Shown one piece after another: positions 58,283 through 64,000 of a DNA stretch of 64,000 nt. Where the stretch lies: the NCBI GenBank assembly GCA_964427405.1, contig CAYRUB010000006.1, positions 15,558-79,557 on the forward strand. Direction: 5' to 3'. The stretch comes from an uncultured Planctomycetales bacterium. Lineage in GTDB: Bacteria; Omnitrophota; Gorgyraeia; Gygaellales; Profunditerraquicolaceae. The first letter of the stretch is position 1. Each line of letters opens with the position of its first letter. The position numbers and the translations under genes are program-made. The notes below the pieces were generated by a model. That model did not search any database. It saw only the letters and a program-made list of their open reading frames with translations, and had not been told where the DNA came from.

Positions 58283-59788
58283 ATGATACTTAGACCTCAA
58301 GTAAATGATATTAAGAACATCGGTTATTATCTGGGAAGAATAATCCTCGGTATCGGCCTGACCATGTTTTTACCGTTTATTACGGGGCTGGTTTTATTTA
58401 GAGAGCCTAATCCTGCTTTGGATTTCTTGATCAGCGCTAATATTGCTATATTTATCGGTTTGGCTTTAAGTTGGCTGTGTAAAACAAATAAGGAGCTAAA
58501 TTCTGGTCAGGCAATGGTTGTTATTGCTCTTTCATGGCTGGCCGCGATGGCCCTTAGTGCTATCCCGTTATTATTAAGTGGTCACTATAAGTCATTTCTT
58601 GATGCTTGTTTTGAAACCATGTCGGGTTTTACCACCACTGGGCTGACTCTTGTGCAAGATTTGGATCACCTTTCCCAGAGCCATAATTTATGGCGTCATT
58701 TAGGGCCTTTTCTGGGAGGGCAGGGAATCGCTATTATTGCGATTTCATTCTTGGTCAAGGGCACCAGCGGGACATTTAATCTGTATCTTGGGGAAGGGCG
58801 TGATGAAAAATTAGTCCCTAATGTTATCAACACGGCGCGGTTTATTTGGGTGATTAGCATAGTGTACTTAATCCTAGGGACCATTGTGTTAGGTTTGGTA
58901 GGGATCTCTATTGGATTGAAACCTCAAAGCGCATTCTTTCACGGTGCCTGTATTTTTATGGCTGGATTTGATACCGCAGGTTTCTCCCCGCAATCACCAA
59001 ACATTCTTTATTATCACAGCCTGATCTATGAAATTGTTATAATTTTCTTTATGGTCATCGGCTCATTTAACTTTAATTTGCATTATCAAATCTGGAAGGG
59101 GAATTTTAAAGAAATTTGGAAGAATATCGAAACGCGGACTTTCTTGTTTGTGATTATGATTGTTACTTTGATTACCCTGGCTGGCTTGAGGCGCTTGGGT
59201 GTTTATTCGGATGGAATGATACTTTTTCGCAAGGGTTTTTTTCAACTTGTCTCCGGACAAACTACAACCGGTTATATGACAATATATGCTCAGCAGTTTA
59301 TTAAGGAGTGGGGAGATTTAGCGTTGAGCGGGATAATTCTTTCTATGGCGCTGGGAGGTTGCGCTTGTTCTACGGCAGGGGGAATTAAAATGTTACGCGT
59401 AGGAATTATCTATAAGGCATTCAGGCAGGATATAAAAGCAATGATGCTTTCGCCAAGTGCTATCGTGGTGCAGAAATTTCATCATATAAAAACGATGTTT
59501 ATTGAAGATAAGCAGGTACGAGCAGTTTTGATTGTTACCTTAGGGTATCTTTTTCTTTACGGATTAGGTACTTTAGTAGGGGTAGGATTGGGATATCCTT
59601 TTTTGGAATCTCTCTTTGAGTCAACTTCTGCGGCTGCCAATGTTGGGCTTTCCTGTGGGATAACTGATACAAGTATGCCGGCAATATTAAAAGTGACCTA
59701 TATAATAGAAATGTGGGCAGGAAGACTGGAGTTAATGTCGGTTTTTGCGTTATTTGGTTTTTTTGTAGCGTATGTGAAAGGTAGATAA
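58283..59788 (+). CDS. TrkH/KtrB family potassium transporter
   Basis: Multi-TM protein with repeated pore-loop signatures (MSGFTTTG, GFDTAG, QTTTGY, SAAANVGLS). Start chosen at MILRPQV; the track's extended N-terminus lies in intergenic DNA. Confidence 0.8.
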   Translation: MILRPQVNDIKNIGYYLGRIILGIGLTMFLPFITGLVLFREPNPALDFLISANIAIFIGLALSWLCKTNKELNSGQAMVVIALSWLAAMALSAIPLLLSGHYKSFLDACFETMSGFTTTGLTLVQDLDHLSQSHNLWRHLGPFLGGQGIAIIAISFLVKGTSGTFNLYLGEGRDEKLVPNVINTARFIWVISIVYLILGTIVLGLVGISIGLKPQSAFFHGACIFMAGFDTAGFSPQSPNILYYHSLIYEIVIIFFMVIGSFNFNLHYQIWKGNFKEIWKNIETRTFLFVIMIVTLITLAGLRRLGVYSDGMILFRKGFFQLVSGQTTTGYMTIYAQQFIKEWGDLALSGIILSMALGGCACSTAGGIKMLRVGIIYKAFRQDIKAMMLSPSAIVVQKFHHIKTMFIEDKQVRAVLIVTLGYLFLYGLGTLVGVGLGYPFLESLFESTSAAANVGLSCGITDTSMPAILKVTYIIEMWAGRLELMSVFALFGFFVAYVKGR

Positions 59789-59790
59789 AA

Positions 59791-60276
59791 GTGAGAAGTT
59801 TTTTCTTATTATTGGTGTTGTGCTTGGTGCCGACTGTTTCTAGTTCTAACTGCTATGCTCAGACACCCACGAGTTTAGAATTGATAAACAATGCCAAACA
59901 GTATGACGGTAAAACTGTTAACTATAGAGGAGAGGTCATAGGAGAAGTAATGGTCCGCGGAGAGTTCGCTTGGCTACATGTGAATGATGGTATTATTGCA
60001 ATCGGTATTTGGGTTCCAAAGACAATGGTTCAAGATATTCTCTATGCCGGGAATTATCATAAAAAAGGAGATATCGTAGAAGTTTTCGGGACGTTTCATC
60101 GAAGCTGTTTGGAGCATGGGGGAGATTTAGATATTCATGCCTCTGAAATAAATAAAATAACTCCGGGAAGTTTGGTTATTCAGCCCATCAGTAGAAAGAA
60201 AGTTTATATCGGAGTCTCGTCTTTAGTACTCGTTTTGTTATTCTATGCATTAAAGAAATTTTTTCAGCGCAGATAA
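59791..60276 (+). CDS. Hypothetical secreted/membrane-anchored protein (161 aa)
   Basis: N-terminal signal peptide, C-terminal hydrophobic helix; GTG start overlapping the trkH stop. Confidence 0.35.
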   Translation: MRSFFLLLVLCLVPTVSSSNCYAQTPTSLELINNAKQYDGKTVNYRGEVIGEVMVRGEFAWLHVNDGIIAIGIWVPKTMVQDILYAGNYHKKGDIVEVFGTFHRSCLEHGGDLDIHASEINKITPGSLVIQPISRKKVYIGVSSLVLVLLFYALKKFFQRR

Positions 60277-60299
60277 CGTTAATATCTGGATTTAATTAT

Positions 60300-60586
60300 A
60301 AATGTCGTCACTCAAGGGCGGACATTTTGTATTCATTTGTCTCTCTGATAGTTGCGTCATTTCTAGCCAAAAAATACCGGACAAAACGGACAAGTTGGCG
60401 AGGAATAGCCTTCTCTAAAACCAGAATATTCTTGATATATTAAGGTATTACGCATATAATTAGGCTAATAATTTTAGAGAGGTTTCCCTTTGTGGAATAC
60501 GAGAGGGACCCCAGTAATATCATTCTCCTCGCTGTATTGGAGAGTTTAAGGCCTATGATCGCAATAGCGGTTGTAGGCCTTTTTAT
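60300..60586 (+). repeat. Copy 2 of the ~250-bp IR/DR/promoter repeat family, including a predicted ~118-nt transcript (60467-60586) ending at terminator AAGGCCTA...TAGGCC+T-run
   Basis: ATGTCG-N12-GGACAT inverted repeat, CGGACAAAACGGACAAG direct repeats, TTGATA-17-TATAAT promoter at 60432-60460, terminator at 60548-60586. Confidence 0.6.
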
Positions 60587-60611
60587 CTGGCGATGTCCGT
60601 AGGGCTTAGGA
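60580..60611. repeat. Right copy of ~32-bp direct repeat; candidate island boundary
   Basis: TTTTTATCTGGCGATGTCCGTAGGGCTTAGGA versus TTTTTATCTGGCGATGTCCCTAGGGTTTAGGG at 24874. Confidence 0.5.
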
Positions 60612-60790
60612 CATTGTATTTATTAGCCATATATCGAAACCTTCCGCACTACATCAAATTCATCTATATCTGTAAACGGAGAGGTCTTCCACTTGTCGAA
60701 TATTACTGCCCTCCTTACCTGGGATACTTCTTGACAAAAAAAGTGTTTTATTATATTATTAGCATATGCCAATAACTAAAAGGAAACTAT

Positions 60791-61087
60791 ATGACTAGAC
60801 CTTGTAGATGTAGAAGAATAAGATGTAGTCCTGACACGAATTACTTTAAGCCTCGGGGCATCCCTTTGGATATGCTTGAAGAGGTTAATCTTACCCTGGA
60901 TGAATTAGAGGCGGTTAGGCTTGCGGATTTAGAAGGTTTATATCAGGAGGATGGTGCTAGGAAAATGGATATTTCCCGGCAGACATTTGGTAATATCATA
61001 AATTCAGCTCACAGGAAAATAGCGGATGTTCTTTTAAACGCTAAAGCATTAAAGATAGAAGGCGGAAAGGTTAAAAAGGTAGGCTAA
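60791..61087 (+). CDS. DUF134 (UPF0251) family predicted DNA-binding protein
   Basis: CRCRRIRCSPDTNYFKPRGIP N-terminus typical of DUF134. Promoter TTGACA-17-TATTAT upstream. Confidence 0.6.
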   Translation: MTRPCRCRRIRCSPDTNYFKPRGIPLDMLEEVNLTLDELEAVRLADLEGLYQEDGARKMDISRQTFGNIINSAHRKIADVLLNAKALKIEGGKVKKVG

Positions 61088-61684
61088 ATGAATAATCTAA
61101 TAAAACAGGATCAAGATAGGTTAAAGCTTTTCAAGAAGCATGGTTATGATATCCCTAAAGCCAGAAATTTTATTCTTGCCAAAGCTGGGCCTATTCAGGG
61201 TCGAGTTTTGGAAGTGGGTACTGGCAGAGGACATACGGCGGTAGCTCTAGCAAGAAAAGGGATAAAACTTATTTCGATTGATTTAGACAAGAAAGCTCAA
61301 AGTGCAGCCAAGTTAAACCTTAAGAAAATGAAGTTAAATAAATATGTTGTTTTTAGGGTAATGAACGCCGAAAAATTAATTTATCCGGATAATTATTTTG
61401 ATTTTGTGATTTCGGTAAATTTTATTCACCATGCTGATTATCCCGGTAAATGCATTAGGGAGATGATAAGAGTTACTAAGGAAAAACTGGTAATTGTAGA
61501 TATTAATCAAAAAGGTCAGCGTGTTATGGAAAAAGTCCATGCGTTAGATGGGCATAGTCATGCGTCGTCTAAAATGTCCATGTTGGTTGTAAAAGAATAC
61601 TTACGTAAAACCGGATTGGTGGTTAAGGTTTATAGAGATGTATGTCAGACTGTTATCGTGGCTAAGAAAGGAGTAGTAAAGTGA
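61088..61684 (+). CDS. Class I SAM-dependent methyltransferase
   Basis: Motif I VLEVGTGRGHTAV; motif II/III spacing typical of small-molecule MTases. Confidence 0.65.
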   Translation: MNNLIKQDQDRLKLFKKHGYDIPKARNFILAKAGPIQGRVLEVGTGRGHTAVALARKGIKLISIDLDKKAQSAAKLNLKKMKLNKYVVFRVMNAEKLIYPDNYFDFVISVNFIHHADYPGKCIREMIRVTKEKLVIVDINQKGQRVMEKVHALDGHSHASSKMSMLVVKEYLRKTGLVVKVYRDVCQTVIVAKKGVVK

Positions 61685-62046
61685 AAGTATGTATTCCAAC
61701 AGAAACAAATGAAGGAAAGAACGCAAAGGTTTATGGTCATTTCGGTAGCGCACCATATTTTACCATTGTTGACACAGAGAAAGACGCTGTAGAGATTATT
61801 GACAATGCGAACCAGCATCATGCGCATGGGATGTGTCAACCGATGAACGCGTTAATGGGGAAGTCGATTGATGCTGTGGTTACCGGTGGAATGGGCGCCC
61901 GGGCGGTTCAAGGACTTAATCAAGGCGGAATCAAGGCTTATCGGGCTATTCCGGGGACAGTTGCTGATATTGTTAGTCAATTTACCAAAGGTGGGCTTGA
62001 GGAAATAACCGTCGAGAATGCCTGCTCTCAACATGGATGTCATTAA
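61681..62046 (+). CDS. Dinitrogenase FeMo-cofactor-binding (NifX/NifB C-terminal-like) domain protein
   Basis: GHFGSAPYFTIVD...VVTGGMGARA pattern of pfam02579-like proteins. Confidence 0.55.
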   Translation: MKVCIPTETNEGKNAKVYGHFGSAPYFTIVDTEKDAVEIIDNANQHHAHGMCQPMNALMGKSIDAVVTGGMGARAVQGLNQGGIKAYRAIPGTVADIVSQFTKGGLEEITVENACSQHGCH

Positions 62047-62059
62047 AGAGGAGGACATA

Positions 62060-62380
62060 ATGAAGATAGGGGTTATAATCTCCAGTAATGATACCGAGAC
62101 TTGTTGGAATGCTCTACGATACGGCAATTTTTGCCTTGGGCAGAAGGATGAAGTAAAGGTATTTTTGACCGGCAAAGGCGTCGAATACCAGAATATTAGC
62201 ACGGAAAAATTCAACACGATTGAGCAGGCGGAAGAATTGCTTCAGTCTGGTGGTAAAATACTGGCTTGCGGAACGTGCATTAAATCGCGGAATCAGGAAG
62301 GTACGGAAATGTGTCCGATTAATACGATGAAGGATATGTATGAAATTATTAAAGAGAGCGACAAGGTTGTTACCTTTTAG
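62060..62380 (+). CDS. DsrE/DsrF-like family protein
   Basis: MKIGVIISSND ... ILACGTC pattern. AGGAGG RBS before ATG at 62060. Confidence 0.45.
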   Translation: MKIGVIISSNDTETCWNALRYGNFCLGQKDEVKVFLTGKGVEYQNISTEKFNTIEQAEELLQSGGKILACGTCIKSRNQEGTEMCPINTMKDMYEIIKESDKVVTF

Positions 62381-62389
62381 CAAGAGGAT

Positions 62390-62581
62390 ATGAATAAAAC
62401 AGTTTTGATCAATGAAAATCTTTGCATTGGCTGCGCAAAGTGCGTTGAATTATGTCCCAAAAATATCTTGTATGTAGATAAGACAAGCAATAAATGTAAG
62501 GTTTCAGATGAAACTAAATGCGATAAGCTTGCTGGTTGTCAACGAGTCTGCCCTGTAAAAGCAATCAACATAATCGAATAA
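62390..62581 (+). CDS. 4Fe-4S ferredoxin (63 aa)
   Basis: CIGCAKCVELCP and C...CQRVCP cluster motifs. Confidence 0.7.
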   Translation: MNKTVLINENLCIGCAKCVELCPKNILYVDKTSNKCKVSDETKCDKLAGCQRVCPVKAINIIE

Positions 62582-62617
62582 TCCCCTACAAAAATAGCAG
62601 AATGAATTCTATGGGAT

Positions 62618-63070
62618 ATGTGGGAATCATACAGAAATATTCTTAGGCGCTACCCTAAAATTCCCCTATCTGAAGAAAGACGTTTGATTCTCAAGGCTCA
62701 AAGAGGATCCAAGAAAAGCAAGGATGAACTTGTTCTCCGTCATATCAGTTTCCTAATCTTTAGAATTCGCAAAATAGCATTTTCTTCCTTGCTTTGGCCA
62801 TTTGGAGAGGATTTATTAGCAGAAGCCATTCTTATCGTTTATAAAAAAATTGAAAGTTATGACCTTAATTACTGCGATAAGAAGGGGAATCCTAACCCGG
62901 TTAAATTTACCTCTTACATTTGGAAACGAATTGATGGTTTCATAATTGATTCATTAAAGAAAGAGCTTAACGAATCAAATTATTACGATAGATACAGCGG
63001 GTATGCCATCAAAAATGGGGATTCATCGTCTATGTCCGGGTCCGGAGAGGTGGACAATTCTATCTCTTGA
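62618..63070 (+). CDS. Sigma-70 family fragment (region 1.2/2-like), apparently truncated
   Basis: LSEERRLILKAQRGSKKSKDELVLRHISFLIFRI resembles sigma70 region 1.2-2.1. Only 150 aa; the C-terminus is encoded by the repeat element. Confidence 0.35.
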   Translation: MWESYRNILRRYPKIPLSEERRLILKAQRGSKKSKDELVLRHISFLIFRIRKIAFSSLLWPFGEDLLAEAILIVYKKIESYDLNYCDKKGNPNPVKFTSYIWKRIDGFIIDSLKKELNESNYYDRYSGYAIKNGDSSSMSGSGEVDNSIS

Positions 63071-63230
63071 CTTATCAGAGAGTTATAAATTACAAGTCAA
63101 TAATGACCGGACAAGGCGGACATTCCCGCTCTAAATCCACAATATCCTTGATATATTGAGTTATCAAGCCTATAATTACTTGTATAAATAGAGAGGGGTT
63201 TCTCTTTGGTTTATACGAGTGGATTATTAT
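63040..63230 (+). repeat. Copy 3 (diverged) of the IR/DR/promoter repeat family; promoter TTGATA-17-TATAAT at 63148-63176
   Basis: TGTCCG-N14-GACAA inverted repeat, CGGACAAGGCGGACAT direct repeats, consensus promoter, conserved AGAGAGGGGTTTC leader. Confidence 0.5.
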
Positions 63231-63259
63231 TTTAATAAAAATACAAGTTATAGAAAGAG

Positions 63260-63634
63260 GTGCGAGATATGAAAAAGATACTTTTAACAGCATTCGTTTT
63301 TGTATTTACTAGCCCTTTGTGTTTTGCCCAACAGGCTTCAGCACCGGTTAGCCAAACTGCGCAAACATCAGCAGGAATCAGAACTATGACCGGCACCGGC
63401 AGGGTTGGTTCGATAATTATTGGGGACTCTACGAAGGGAATAAAATCACAACTTTCGGTTATGGATGACTATGGGAAGAATACTAGCTTTGCAGTATCAG
63501 GCGAAACCGCTATCACTGATAAAGACGGAAAGGTTGTTGCCATAAGTGATTTAAAGAAAGGCGATAAGGTTACTGTAGTTTATGCAGTAGGTAAGAAAGT
63601 TAATAGAGCGCAATCTATTAAATTAGTAGAATAA
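63260..63634 (+). CDS. Hypothetical secreted protein (124 aa)
   Basis: Signal peptide KKILLTAFVFVFTSPLCFAQ; Gly/Thr-rich beta-type mature region. Confidence 0.35.
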   Translation: MRDMKKILLTAFVFVFTSPLCFAQQASAPVSQTAQTSAGIRTMTGTGRVGSIIIGDSTKGIKSQLSVMDDYGKNTSFAVSGETAITDKDGKVVAISDLKKGDKVTVVYAVGKKVNRAQSIKLVE

Positions 63635-63835
63635 TAAGTCGTCAGTAGCGGATTACGGAAAAATTGATATATTAAGCGTCACTTGAAGGCTATTGATCGG
63701 AGACGGTCAGTAGCCTTTTTGCTCCTTTCAATTATACCTAGGTACAATTGATTCCATTTTAGATACTTCTATACTATTACAAGGCTGGAGAATTGTAACC
63801 TATGGAAATTGATTTAGAAAATGGAGGTGAATATA

Positions 63836-63988
63836 ATGGGTGAACACAATTGTTACAAAAAAGATGAAGCGGAGTGTATCAGAAAAAAGGCTTATGAATT
63901 ATGGGAGCAGGACGGACGTAAACATGGCCGTGATCTGAATTATTGGCTGCATGCTGAGAAAGCTGTAAAAATCAAGATTAAAAAATAA
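63836..63988 (+). CDS. DUF2934-like small protein (50 aa; below ORF-track cut-off)
   Basis: AYELWEQDGRKHGRDLNYWLHAE matches the DUF2934 core pattern. GGAGGTG RBS 8 nt upstream. Confidence 0.45.
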   Translation: MGEHNCYKKDEAECIRKKAYELWEQDGRKHGRDLNYWLHAEKAVKIKIKK

Positions 63989-64000
63989 TATAACAAAGGA

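Larger units (their letters stand above)
24874..60611. mobile_element. Putative integrated genomic island (~35.7 kb) downstream of tRNA-His: serine recombinase at left end, defence/phage-like cargo, bracketed by direct repeats
   Basis: tRNA-proximal location. Large serine recombinase + DUF2924-like + excisionase at one end, terminase genes, multiple defence-like genes. Flanking 32-bp direct repeats. Region visibly more AT-rich and repeat-rich than the backbone. Confidence 0.5.

Noticed and set aside
24874-60611. Possible CRISPR array among the dispersed repeats
   Set aside because: Repeats are hundreds to thousands of bp apart, heterogeneous in length, and carry promoters and terminators. 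There is no regular repeat-spacer periodicity and no cas genes.

Overview
Low-GC bacterial chromosome segment with two distinct parts. About 1-24.8 kb is a dense housekeeping backbone. About 24.8-60.6 kb is an AT-rich, repeat-rich integrated island, inserted just downstream of tRNA-His(GTG) and its terminator, followed by a small redox gene cluster.

Backbone (1-24.8 kb): MetRS C-terminus, tatD, a DUF362/ferredoxin protein, mtnA, thiL, tsaE, tsaB, alr, two LptF/LptG permeases, comF, pyrE, a BaiN-like flavoprotein, a Maf-M48 peptidase in-frame fusion, a GH clan-A hydrolase and a CheY-like receiver. RNA genes are tRNA-Leu(CAG), smpB followed by tmRNA, tRNA-Pro, tRNA-Arg and tRNA-His. Further genes are an AmiC-like amidase, murI, queDCEF, class-I fumarate hydratase alpha/beta subunits, rph and rdgB.

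Island (24.8-60.6 kb): it starts with a large serine recombinase, a DUF2924-like gene and a 58-aa excisionase-family HTH. It carries several candidate defence or conflict modules:
- a translationally coupled HerA-like ATPase / NurA-like nuclease / DNA methyltransferase operon, followed directly by two SIR2-like genes;
- a ParB-methyltransferase fusion with small and large terminase subunits but no structural genes;
- a 1008-aa caspase-like peptidase fused to an SF2 helicase, next to a Hanks-type Ser/Thr kinase;
- a nucleoside-deoxyribosyltransferase-like/TPR protein followed by a third SIR2 paralog;
- a DUF4238 protein and an HNH-like protein.

Island cargo also includes an N-terminally truncated KdpD-like kinase, a KdpE-like regulator and a TrkH/KtrB transporter.

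The island is bracketed by a roughly 32-bp direct repeat, each copy starting in the T-run of an intrinsic terminator (24874 and 60580). It is also rich in repeated non-coding modules:
- three copies of a roughly 250-bp unit (inverted repeat, tandem CGGACAA direct repeats, a consensus TTGATA-17-TATAAT promoter, and in two copies a terminator roughly 110 nt downstream, suggesting an sRNA);
- a duplicated roughly 145-bp promoter/leader in front of two unrelated genes;
- a three-copy TTTCTG-N10-TTTCTGG motif;
- short inverted repeats resembling transposon terminal inverted repeats (MITE-like).

A GC-rich structured element of about 180 nt upstream of mtnA looks like a riboswitch or leader RNA. No CRISPR array was seen.
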